NCBI GenBank assembly: GCA_015488875.1
Contig: WFMX01000233.1
Span: 1-26,560, forward strand
Source: Campylobacterota bacterium
Lineage (GTDB): Bacteria; Campylobacterota; Campylobacteria; Campylobacterales; Sulfurovaceae
DNA: 26,560 nt
Reading direction: 5' to 3'
Part shown: piece by piece, positions 1 through 9,394 of the stretch
Numbering within the stretch: the first letter of the stretch is position 1
Layout of the letters: each line of letters opens with the position of its first letter
Position numbers and translations under genes: made by a program
Notes under the pieces: model-generated
Told to the model about the DNA's origin: nothing
Seen by the model: only the letters and a program-made list of their open reading frames with translations
The model's database searches: none

Positions 1-73
1 ATAGAATAGTAGCATATTTTTCTTTAAAATATATCAATATGAAATATAAATATCAATATTGTACCTATTTGAC

Positions 74-79
74 TATAAT
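74..79 (+). promoter_or_regulatory. Putative sigma70 -10 box (TATAAT) for the small ORF at 107-217
   Basis: TATAAT at 74-79, followed by an AAGGAG RBS (95-100) and ATG at 107. Two ATATCAATAT direct repeats lie upstream (31-40, 50-59). Confidence 0.5.
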
Positions 80-106
80 GTGAAATATAAATTAAAGGAG
101 AAGAGT

Positions 107-217
107 ATGGACTATAAGAAAAATAGAAAGATTATGACTGAAGCGGTAAATTCAGGATGTAAAACTATGGCAGAGCTAGCACTCTACCTTCGCATCAGAG
201 TACAGATATCAATCTAG
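107..217 (+). CDS. Small hypothetical protein, 36 aa (MDYKKNRKIMTEAVNSGCKTMAELALYLRIRVQISI); below the ORF-track cutoff
   Basis: Translated by hand from ATG 107 to TAG 215-217. It has a strong AAGGAG RBS 6 nt upstream and an upstream TATAAT. Its 3' end overlaps the moeA 3' end by 9 nt. Confidence 0.65.
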   Translation: MDYKKNRKIMTEAVNSGCKTMAELALYLRIRVQISI

Positions 218-1408
218 TAGCAGTAGGGTCACGCTGTCACCCACACTCTTGCTAGTATCATCTTCGTCTGTCACGAGCAGTGCTACATCTCCTAGCATAT
301 TGGTCAAGATAGCACTTGAACCGACCTTTTTGCCATCAAAATCTACGATATATTCACCATCTACTATAGAGTAGTTACATGCAGTAAATTCTGCTTTTTT
401 GGCTCTCTTGATAAATGGCTCTTTTAGTTTCGCTTTTACTCTTGTGAGTGGGCATTTAGCCTTTTGTAATTTGGCTATGAGTGGCACTAGATACAGCAGA
501 GCTGTTACAGTAGATGAGTAAGCAAATCCTGGCAATCCTATGATAAATTTATCCCCTTTTTGTGCTACCATGATATGCTGACCAGGCTTGACTCTGACAC
601 CCTTAAATATCACATCGCATCCTAGCTCTCTGATGACATCTTTGACGAAATCGAAATCACCTACGCTGACTCCACCTGTAGTGACTACTATATCACTCTG
701 TGCCAATGCTGAGTCTATAGCGGATGTGATACTACCTTTATCATCTTTTATACAGCCCAATTGATGTGGTATACCATCGTACTTTTTGACGATCGCTTCC
801 AATATATAGTTATTGGAGCTTCTTATTTGCGATGGATTTGTCTGGCTCTCGCCCAACTCTAGTAGCTCACTACCTGTAGATATGATGGAGACAGTAGGCT
901 TACCATAGACTAAAGGTGTCACGATATTGAGACTAGCCATGACACCTATCTGAGCTATATCTATCTTGGTTCCACTAGCTATAAGTAGGTCATCTTTGCT
1001 ATAGTTTTCACCTACAGCACGGACTGAAAAGCCTTTAGGTACGCTCTCTTTGATGACGATCTCATCTCCGTCTACCTCTACATATTCTATGGGGATGAGT
1101 GTATCACTCCCATCTGGCATAAGCGAGCCTGTGAATGTCTTGATACAGCATCCATCTTTTACGCTATCGCTTAGCTTCGAACCTGCTGGGTTGATGCTGG
1201 ACACCTTTAATCTTCCTAGAGAAGTATCTTTATGTTTAAAAGCATATCCATCCATAGCAGATGTAGGATACTCTGGAGAGTTGTGATCTGCTACTATATC
1301 TTCTGCGAGTATATAACCTAAGGCATCTACTAAATATAACTTTTTCTTTTTGTATGTTGAAATGCTTATATCTTCAATCTTCGATATAGAGTCATCAAAA
1401 TGTAACAT
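209..1408 (-). CDS. moeA: Molybdopterin molybdotransferase MoeA
   Basis: 399 aa with the motifs SAMDGYA, TGSELL, TTGGVSVGDFDFV, VKPG and GLPG. It lies downstream of moaD-moaE. Confidence 0.95.
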   Translation of the reverse strand: MLHFDDSISKIEDISISTYKKKKLYLVDALGYILAEDIVADHNSPEYPTSAMDGYAFKHKDTSLGRLKVSSINPAGSKLSDSVKDGCCIKTFTGSLMPDGSDTLIPIEYVEVDGDEIVIKESVPKGFSVRAVGENYSKDDLLIASGTKIDIAQIGVMASLNIVTPLVYGKPTVSIISTGSELLELGESQTNPSQIRSSNNYILEAIVKKYDGIPHQLGCIKDDKGSITSAIDSALAQSDIVVTTGGVSVGDFDFVKDVIRELGCDVIFKGVRVKPGQHIMVAQKGDKFIIGLPGFAYSSTVTALLYLVPLIAKLQKAKCPLTRVKAKLKEPFIKRAKKAEFTACNYSIVDGEYIVDFDGKKVGSSAILTNMLGDVALLVTDEDDTSKSVGDSVTLLLLD

Positions 1409-1440
1409 TTATTTCCTTTTTTATTGTTTTTTGGATAGAC

Positions 1441-1586
1441 AGTAATGACTGAGTCTGGTTGTAGCAACATTATCTTTCAGCCGAGGTAAAACGATTACTA
1501 TGCGGGGACACAGGTTTCATTCGCTACGCTCACAAAACCAATGTCCCCTAGTTGCGGCTATCTCTCAGCCGAGGTCTGCCAACTAA
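1441..1586. repeat. Structured intergenic element: a 45-bp GC-rich hairpin flanked by two 17-bp direct repeats (REP/MITE-like, or a cis-regulatory RNA)
   Basis: TATCT(T/C)TCAGCCGAGGT occurs at 1471-1487 and 1559-1575 (16/17 identical). The hairpin GGGGACA..GGTTT/AAACC..TGTCCCC spans 1504-1548. Outer stems are AGTAAT/ATTACT (1441-1499) and TAGTTG/CAACTA (1549-1585). Confidence 0.6.
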
Positions 1587-1593
1587 GAAGCTC

Positions 1594-2031
1594 TTACGAC
1601 AATAGTCCTGCACCATCCATCGGTGTGCTTCTGTCTGCTGCATATACTCTACTGCCATTTATCACATCATATTTCCATATGGGTGCATTGGCTTTGAAGT
1701 CTTCTACAAACTCATCTATCAGTTCAAGTGCTACTCTTCGTTTTGGTGAAAATACTGCTGAGATATATGATGAAGTGTGTATAGGTACATCACCTATGGC
1801 ATGTGCCATCTTTACTATAGCACCTCTCTTTGCTGCCCTATCCTGCCACTCGTCAAACCATCTCTTTAGTATAGGCTCATAGATATCAAAACTCAATGCT
1901 TCTATCTCATCTTCTGCACGAATAGTGCCTACAAATGGGATATATGCTCCATAATTGGATGAAGCTTCTTCATCTAGCCATCTGCCAAATATCTCTTTGG
2001 TGTCCAATGCTCCTTGGTGTAGCTCCATCAT
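1594..2031 (-). CDS. moaE: Molybdopterin synthase catalytic subunit MoaE
   Basis: Motifs GAYIPFVGTIR, HAIGDVPIHTSS, PKRRVAL and KANAPIWKYD. The start was moved from the track's 2043 to the ATG overlapping the moaD stop (TGATG). Confidence 0.92.
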   Translation of the reverse strand: MMELHQGALDTKEIFGRWLDEEASSNYGAYIPFVGTIRAEDEIEALSFDIYEPILKRWFDEWQDRAAKRGAIVKMAHAIGDVPIHTSSYISAVFSPKRRVALELIDEFVEDFKANAPIWKYDVINGSRVYAADRSTPMDGAGLLS

Positions 2032-2252
2032 CACCCACCACATACAGGAGGCAATATGGTCACTCTATCACCATCTTTTAGCTCTATAGACAAATCCGAT
2101 ATCATCTCATCATTGAGAGCTACGGCACATTTAGGTAGCCACTCTCGTAGAGTCTCATCTTCTCTCAATCTATCTGCTATCTCTTGCACGCTACTAGCAT
2201 CTATCTCTAATGCTTCTCTAGCTATGGGACCCAAAAACTCTACTCTTACCAT
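2031..2252 (-). CDS. moaD: Molybdopterin synthase sulfur carrier subunit MoaD
   Basis: 73-aa ubiquitin-like protein ending ILPPVCGG, with the C-terminal di-Gly; directly upstream of moaE. Confidence 0.95.
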   Translation of the reverse strand: MVRVEFLGPIAREALEIDASSVQEIADRLREDETLREWLPKCAVALNDEMISDLSIELKDGDRVTILPPVCGG

Positions 2253-2326
2253 ATATTCTCACTTTGTCAAAAATAAAACATTTTGGGGTGATTATAAAAG
2301 TTATTCTCTATAATCATGCTTACTTC

Positions 2327-2335
2327 TGCTATAAT
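2327..2335 (+). promoter_or_regulatory. Putative extended -10 promoter (TGcTATAAT) for mqnA
   Basis: TGCTATAAT lies 20 nt before the mqnA ATG. TGnTATAAT is the typical Campylobacterota sigma70 motif. Confidence 0.5.
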
Positions 2336-2355
2336 TTTCAAAAAAAAGGCTTCTT

Positions 2356-3003
2356 ATGATATTTGGCTCGATTAGCTACCTAAATCTACTGCCATTTCAG
2401 ACATTTCTCAAGCGATACAAGCCAAATAGCCAATTTCAACACTCTCTACGATACAGAAGAGATGTGCCAAGTCAGATCAACTCTGCTTTCAAATCTAGGA
2501 GAGTAAACGCTGCATTTATATCTAGTGTCGCATCAAAAGGGTGTAGATGTACAGATGTTGGCATAGTGGCAGATGGTGCTGTATATAGTGTATTTGTAGT
2601 AGATGGCAAAGATGAGATAGATAGTGAGTCTGCTACTTCCAATGCACTAGCGAGAGTCTTGGGATTGAGAGGTAGAGTTATCATAGGTGATAAAGCACTC
2701 AAATACTACCTAGAGGGCAACGACACCACGGATCTCTCACAAAAGTGGAAAGATGACACAGACTTGCCATTTGTATTTGCTAGATTGTGCTACAACAGAT
2801 ATGGCACAGAGATAGAGTCTTTAGCAGAGATGTTTGTCAAATCACCTATCAAAATACCACAAAGCGTACTTAAAAGAGAGGCAAAAAAGAGAGGTATAAA
2901 AGCAAGTGAACTTAGATGGTATCTGAAGTATATTCATTATCGTATAGACCAAAGATCTAAAAGATCCCTGAAGATGTTTTTGAAAAAAACTAAAATGCAG
3001 TAG
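2356..3003 (+). CDS. mqnA: Chorismate dehydratase MqnA (futalosine menaquinone pathway), MqnA/MqnD/SBP family
   Basis: N-terminus MIFGSISYLNLLP resembles Campylobacterales MqnA. Motifs AFISS, AVYSV, ESATSNAL, IIGDKAL and LPFVFAR. Confidence 0.82.
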   Translation: MIFGSISYLNLLPFQTFLKRYKPNSQFQHSLRYRRDVPSQINSAFKSRRVNAAFISSVASKGCRCTDVGIVADGAVYSVFVVDGKDEIDSESATSNALARVLGLRGRVIIGDKALKYYLEGNDTTDLSQKWKDDTDLPFVFARLCYNRYGTEIESLAEMFVKSPIKIPQSVLKREAKKRGIKASELRWYLKYIHYRIDQRSKRSLKMFLKKTKMQ

Positions 3004-3313
3004 TTGTTGCTAGAAGGCGACCTAGCCAAATAGCTATATTCATCATACCAAACGCCGTTGCAAGGAAAACACAAGACGAATAATAATACTTAAAGATTTT
3101 GTGGCATTTGGTATAATCGAAGAGATTGTTTTTTCATACTTCATCTTCAGTTGTAATTATAATAGAGAAATGTCACGCAATTGTTATTCAAATCTAGTCG
3201 TAATGAAGATAAATGAAATTTTTGCCAATAAATAGGAGTTGCAAAGACAGAATTTGAAGCAATAAAATAGTCTGCAAAATACTCAAATATATGGAAAATA
3301 GGGGGTTTCTAAG

Positions 3314-3390
3314 TGGTAGCAAGAGGGGAACTCGAATCCCCGACCTCCGGCTTATGAGACCAGCGCTCTAACCAGCTGAGCTACCTTGCC
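3314..3390 (-). tRNA. tRNA-Met (anticodon CAT), probably elongator; CCA encoded
   Basis: The 77-nt minus-strand sequence GGCAAGGTAGCTCAGCTGGTTAGAGCGCTGGTCTCATAAGCCGGAGGTCGGGGATTCGAGTTCCCCTCTTGCTACCA folds as a cloverleaf. It lacks the initiator GGG/CCC anticodon stem. tRNA-Ile2 is not fully excluded. Confidence 0.93.
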
Positions 3391-3406
3391 ACTTTTGAAG
3401 ATTGGC

Positions 3407-3435
3407 ATTATACTAGAAAATGACTTTAATGTCAA
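3407..3435 (-). promoter_or_regulatory. Perfect-consensus sigma70 promoter for the tRNA gene
   Basis: Minus strand reads TTGACA (3435-3430)-N17-TATAAT (3412-3407), 16 nt upstream of the mature tRNA 5' end. Confidence 0.85.
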
Positions 3436-3490
3436 TAGAAAATCCAATCTTTTCAAAAAAATATCATGTTGAACAAATCAGATAATGATA

Positions 3491-3511
3491 GTTTAGTCAT
3501 ATAGACTCATA
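3491..3511. promoter_or_regulatory. HAIR-like inverted repeat (candidate HspR operator) upstream of groES
   Basis: GTTTAGT-N7-ACTCATA matches 10/14 positions of the HAIR consensus CTTGAGT-N7-ACTCAAG, with an AGTC-N5-GACT core palindrome. HspR is known to repress groESL in Helicobacter and Campylobacter. Confidence 0.55.
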
Positions 3512-3537
3512 TTTATTGAATAATTTTTAGTATACTC

Positions 3538-3566
3538 TTGACAAATCTTCAAAAATTCATTACAAT
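3538..3566 (+). promoter_or_regulatory. sigma70 promoter of groESL
   Basis: TTGACA (3538-3543)-N17-TACAAT (3561-3566), with an AAGGAG RBS before ATG 3605. Confidence 0.8.
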
Positions 3567-3604
3567 ACGCTCACAAAAATGATAACAAATTAAAGGAGTC
3601 TAAA

Positions 3605-3871
3605 ATGGCATTTAAACCATTAGCAAATAGAGTATTGATCGAACGAGAAGAGGAGATCACGACCACAGCGACAGGCATCATCATCCCAGACAATGCAAAA
3701 GAGAAACCTTTGACAGGTAAAGTTTTGGCAGTGGGTGTTGATGCTACTGATGAGGGTATAAGCGAAGGTGATATAGTAGTCTTTGGCAAGTATACTGGGA
3801 CAGAGATCACACTAGATGGCAAAGAGTTATTGATCCTGACAAGTGACGATATACTTGGCATCATTGGCTAA
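3605..3871 (+). CDS. groES: Co-chaperonin GroES
   Basis: [10 protein letters not shown], mobile loop [16 protein letters not shown], and ending DDILGII; directly upstream of groEL. Confidence 0.98.
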   Translation: MAFKPLANRVLIEREEEITTTATGIIIPDNAKEKPLTGKVLAVGVDATDEGISEGDIVVFGKYTGTEITLDGKELLILTSDDILGIIG

Positions 3872-3925
3872 CAGAACAAAACTAAATCAATTTAACAAAA
3901 AACAAAATATTAAAAAAAGGATTGA

Positions 3926-5566
<1,641 letters not shown>

Positions 5567-5581
5567 ATCTCTACCACTCTT

Positions 5582-5622
5582 CCATCAACCCCTCAAGCGG
5601 GGGGTATGGTTCTCTTCTTTTC
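5582..5622 (+). terminator. Rho-independent terminator after groEL
   Basis: ACCCCTC-AAGC-GGGGGGT stem-loop, extended by CCAT/ATGG and followed by a T-rich tail (TTCTCTTCTTTT). Confidence 0.7.
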
Positions 5623-5753
5623 ATTTCCAACTCTCATTCTATTGGGTTAATATTGCCATATCTCTTTATTTTTGATATATTTATGTTTCAAAGAGTTTGC
5701 TTGATCTACACAAACACACCCTATCGGGAATTACATCTTTAATCGTAATATTT

Positions 5754-7526
5754 TTACTTGCCTTTCAATAATGCCTGAAACTCTAATGCGGGAGCAGGCT
5801 TGGAAAATATATGCCCTTGGGCTCTGTCGCATCCTAGATTTTGTAATACTTCATACTGCTCTTTAGTCTCTATGCCCTCTGCTACGACTTTCATACTGAG
5901 TGCATGTGCCAATACCACTATGGCTTTGAATGTCTCTTGATGATAGTAGTTTCGATCTATATTTTTCAGTATAGATCTATCGACCTTTAGTGTGTGTATA
6001 GGGAGTTTTTGTAGCTGGTCTATAGATGAGCCACTGGTGCCAAAGTGATCTAGTGAAAGATTGACACCTATATCTTGAAGTATGGAGAACTCGTAATCTG
6101 TCTTGACCATATCTTTCATAGCGTCCTCCTCGGACATATCTAGATTGAAAAAGCTAGGATTTACGCTACTCTCCTTAAAAAGCTGTTCGAGTTTCTCTGC
6201 TAGTTGATACTCTAGTAGCTCTCTGGCAGATAAATTTACCGATATCTCTACGCTTTCCAGCCCCTCCTCTAGCCACTTCTTGTGCTGAGATATCACTTCC
6301 TCTATGACGAACTCTCCTATGCCCACTATGAGTCCAGACTCCTCTGCAAGACGGATAAATCTATTGGGCATAAGTAGTCCTAGCTCTGGATGATTCCATC
6401 GCACCAAGGCTTCTGCACCAACAATACTTGTGCTTCTGAGATCAATAATTGGCTGGTAGTATACTTCAAATTCTCTATTTTTCAATCCACTTTTGATCTC
6501 CTCTACCAATTTTTTCTCATTGTCTCTCACGCCGAATTGCTCTTTTTTGAAGAGTGCTATCGAACTCTTTGGGTCTTTTTTTGACTCCATCAGTGCTATA
6601 TATGCATGATCTATGAGCTTGCTAGAGTTCCTTCCATGGTCTGGGAATATAACGCTACCTATAGAGAAGCTCAGCTCCCTATCTTTGCTCCTTGATGAGA
6701 AAAAACTTACTAGGTTTTTATTGAGCTCATACCCTATCTCTATCACTTCATCTTCGCTTATAATATCCTCTACTATGTATAAAAAATTATCACTCTCTAG
6801 CCTATAACTACTTCTTTTGTCATTATCTAGATTTTTTAAAAATTCTGCAAAATTCTTCAGTAGACTATTTGTATAACCAAATCCAAACGATGATTTCATA
6901 TTTTCAAAATTGTCGATACCAAATAGAAAAAAAGATATCTTTTTATTTTCTCTCTGTGCCGTGATCACTAGTTGATTTATATCTCTGCTTGCCTGAAATT
7001 GACTAGGAAGATTTGTGAGGAAATCGACCTCTCCAAACTGCTTTTTTAGCTCACTCTCCAAAAGCTCACTGCTTATATCCTGAAATACACATATGTATGA
7101 ATCTTGCGAGTTCCACTTGGAGTGATCTATATATACATTGACACTCTTCTTGTGATCTTCGATCAGCATGGATATATTGTCGAGTCGTATAGTCCCTTTG
7201 GTTATCTGTGTATATTTATCTATGATCTCGGAAAGTGTAAATATCTCTGATTTGCCTTCCTGGAATTTGATAGCTTTATCTGCTACTTCACCCTGTCTAT
7301 ATGGCTCCAACTGTAGTAATTTTTTGGCTGATCTATTGGCAGAGAGTACTTCAAAATTCTCTGAAAATATGACCACAGCCTCCTCTTGATACTCGTTTGA
7401 ATTTTTGAATACCTTGATCTCTTCCCTCAAATGAGTAATCTTTTTGAGATAATGCTTTCGCATCATGACCAATATCACCACCATCAACAGCGTCGCGACA
7501 ATAACTATACCTATAAGCATATTCAT
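5754..7526 (-). CDS. Membrane-anchored PAS-like/degenerate GGDEF/EAL protein with a degenerate EAL active site (putative c-di-GMP receptor or pseudo-phosphodiesterase)
   Basis: N-terminal TM (LIGIVIVATLLMVVILVMM). The GGDEF position reads ESDNF. The EAL domain has EAL, N, KVD, EGIE and QG, but DMSE replaces EITE and DHFGTSGSS replaces DDFGTGYSS. The start was moved from 7604 to ATG 7526 to avoid overlap with the upstream gene. Confidence 0.85.
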   Translation of the reverse strand: MNMLIGIVIVATLLMVVILVMMRKHYLKKITHLREEIKVFKNSNEYQEEAVVIFSENFEVLSANRSAKKLLQLEPYRQGEVADKAIKFQEGKSEIFTLSEIIDKYTQITKGTIRLDNISMLIEDHKKSVNVYIDHSKWNSQDSYICVFQDISSELLESELKKQFGEVDFLTNLPSQFQASRDINQLVITAQRENKKISFFLFGIDNFENMKSSFGFGYTNSLLKNFAEFLKNLDNDKRSSYRLESDNFLYIVEDIISEDEVIEIGYELNKNLVSFFSSRSKDRELSFSIGSVIFPDHGRNSSKLIDHAYIALMESKKDPKSSIALFKKEQFGVRDNEKKLVEEIKSGLKNREFEVYYQPIIDLRSTSIVGAEALVRWNHPELGLLMPNRFIRLAEESGLIVGIGEFVIEEVISQHKKWLEEGLESVEISVNLSARELLEYQLAEKLEQLFKESSVNPSFFNLDMSEEDAMKDMVKTDYEFSILQDIGVNLSLDHFGTSGSSIDQLQKLPIHTLKVDRSILKNIDRNYYHQETFKAIVVLAHALSMKVVAEGIETKEQYEVLQNLGCDRAQGHIFSKPAPALEFQALLKGK

Positions 7527-7566
7527 ATCTCTATCTTTGCATCGTAGGATTCTTTGGTGTGATATA

Positions 7567-9360
7567 TCATTTATCCATCTCTCGAACCAAGTTTTGAAAT
7601 TCAAAGACTGGTAGAGGTCTAGAGAAGTAATACCCCTGTGCTATATCACAACCAAAACCTTGAAGCATTTCGTAGGTCTCTTTGTTTTCTATCCCCTCAG
7701 CTGTCACCTGAAGATCAAATGTATGACCTATGCCTATCATGGCTCGTACGATCTTTTGGTGTTCAGGATTGCTCCTCATATTCATCACAAATGATTGATC
7801 TATCTTGATAGTATCTAGTGAAAAATCCTTCAGATAACCAAATGATGAGTACCCTGTACCGAAATCATCAAGTGCCAACTCAACACCTAGATTTTTCAGG
7901 GATTCAAACTCTTTCTTCGCCAAATCAGCCTTGGTCATTGCAACATTTTCTGTGATCTCAAATTTGACAGATTCTGGTGCTACTTGATGATGATTTAGCA
8001 TCTCTTCTATGTAGTTCACAACATTACCACTCTCTATCTCTCTAAGAGTGAGATTGATAGATATTTGAAGCTTGTTGAATTTGAATATCTCCCATCTCTT
8101 CTGCTGTTTGATCGCCTCTTCTATGACGAACTTACCTATATCAACTATGATACCACTCTTTTCGGCTATCGGGATAAAGAGACCTGGCGGTACAAGTCCT
8201 CTCTCTGGATGGTTCCATCTGATGAGTGCCTCTGCCCCTACTATGCTATCTGTCTTCATATCTATAAATGGCTGATAATAGAGTTCAAACTCCTTCCGCT
8301 TCAGCCCCTCATACATCTCATTGTACAATTCTGCTTCATAGTGCTTGCCTTTGGAGAAGTCACCATTGTCATCTATGACTATGTAGCCTCTACCTTTGCT
8401 CTCCGCTTCCGATAGTGCCTTATATGCACTATCTATCATATGATCTACGCTATTGCCACTTTGAGGATATAGGCTAACTCCTGTAGAGAATGTGAGGTGC
8501 ATTTGGGAATTTGAGTACTCTTGTAGACCCCTAAATATCTCTTCCATATTTTTGACTACACCCTCTGCCTCTTTAGAGGTTTTGATATCTGGAACCATCA
8601 TGAGAAAATTGTTTCGTGCTATCTGATACAAGGAGCTATCCATCTTTTTGCTGATATCCAATAGGTATTCAGATATATCGCTTATGAGCCTATCTGTCTT
8701 TTGGTACCCTAGCATTGCTCGGATATCAGTGAAGTTGTCTAAAGATGTCAATATAAGTGCAAAGTGTCTACCCTCTGAGTGCATCTTGCTCATCTCTACA
8801 CCTATCTCATGTATGGCTCTGTTTTGATTTGGTAAACTTGTCAATTGATCTTTTTCGCGTGATTCAGATATCTCCAACTCATCGCTAAGGTCTGTGAATG
8901 AGATGACATAAAATGACTTTGACTTACCTATCAAACCGATCAAGATCTTGATCGGTATATCTTTATCACCTTGTGCAATCTTGGCTCTAAGAACATACTC
9001 TTTTGATTTTTTGACCTCATCTTTATACTCTTTTAGTATACTGAGTATATCTGTAGGTTCTCTGTTTGGTAGAGTTATGACTGATCTATCTTTGAGTCTT
9101 TTCTTGGTCGCTTCTCCATCAAGACCCAATAGCTCTAGTGTTGATTTACTATAATATAGTATCTCATTTGAAGGTGAGAGTACTAACACACCACCCTTAT
9201 ACGCCTCCGAACTCTTTTTGATCTCTTCAAGCGGTGAACTGTTTGGGTCTAGCTTGATATTTTTGGAACGAAATTTTCCATATAGGTGCGATAGTATGAA
9301 ATATGCTATCAAGAGACCAAAAACGATCTCCACAACTATCATGTCAGATGCCATGACCAT
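7567..9360 (-). CDS. Membrane-anchored PAS-like/degenerate GGDEF/EAL c-di-GMP phosphodiesterase
   Basis: N-terminal TM. The GGDEF position reads ARNNF. The EAL domain is intact (EALIRW, INLT, EITE, DDFGTGYSS, KID, EGIE, QGY). AAGGAG lies 5 nt before ATG 9360. Confidence 0.9.
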   Translation of the reverse strand: MVMASDMIVVEIVFGLLIAYFILSHLYGKFRSKNIKLDPNSSPLEEIKKSSEAYKGGVLVLSPSNEILYYSKSTLELLGLDGEATKKRLKDRSVITLPNREPTDILSILKEYKDEVKKSKEYVLRAKIAQGDKDIPIKILIGLIGKSKSFYVISFTDLSDELEISESREKDQLTSLPNQNRAIHEIGVEMSKMHSEGRHFALILTSLDNFTDIRAMLGYQKTDRLISDISEYLLDISKKMDSSLYQIARNNFLMMVPDIKTSKEAEGVVKNMEEIFRGLQEYSNSQMHLTFSTGVSLYPQSGNSVDHMIDSAYKALSEAESKGRGYIVIDDNGDFSKGKHYEAELYNEMYEGLKRKEFELYYQPFIDMKTDSIVGAEALIRWNHPERGLVPPGLFIPIAEKSGIIVDIGKFVIEEAIKQQKRWEIFKFNKLQISINLTLREIESGNVVNYIEEMLNHHQVAPESVKFEITENVAMTKADLAKKEFESLKNLGVELALDDFGTGYSSFGYLKDFSLDTIKIDQSFVMNMRSNPEHQKIVRAMIGIGHTFDLQVTAEGIENKETYEMLQGFGCDIAQGYYFSRPLPVFEFQNLVREMDK

Positions 9361-9394
9361 CACTTCTCCTTAGTGTTACTATTTGATTGGTGCT

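Noticed and set aside
1-15. Possible minus-strand gene start (ATG at 15, MLLFY...) running off the left edge
   Set aside because: Only five codons are visible and there is no clear RBS, so it cannot be supported.
24-59. FNR box built on the ATCAA half-sites
   Set aside because: No properly spaced TTGAT partner half-site.
1471-1575. Mini CRISPR array
   Set aside because: Only two 17-bp repeats with a 71-bp palindromic spacer, and no cas genes.
1441-1586. Known riboswitch classes (Moco, TPP via GCUGAGA, glycine via CU(C/U)UCAG) or an integron attC site
   Set aside because: Only isolated sub-motifs match. The glycine-like words are antisense to the operon and lack GGAGA/CCGAAG, the rest of the TPP core is absent, and there is no RYYYAAC/GTTRRRY pair.
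3314-3330. Prophage or genomic island integrated at the tRNA
   Set aside because: I saw no duplicate of the tRNA 3' end, integrase or mobile gene in the window.
3481-3499. Fur box starting GATAATGATA
   Set aside because: The second half does not match ATCATTATC, and the region is better explained by the HAIR-like repeat.
3524-3545. CIRCE (HrcA) element, TTAGTATACTC
   Set aside because: It does not fit TTAGCACTC-N9-GAGTGCTAA and has no second arm.
5683-5742. 19-codon ORF after the groEL terminator
   Set aside because: No RBS and too short; expected by chance.
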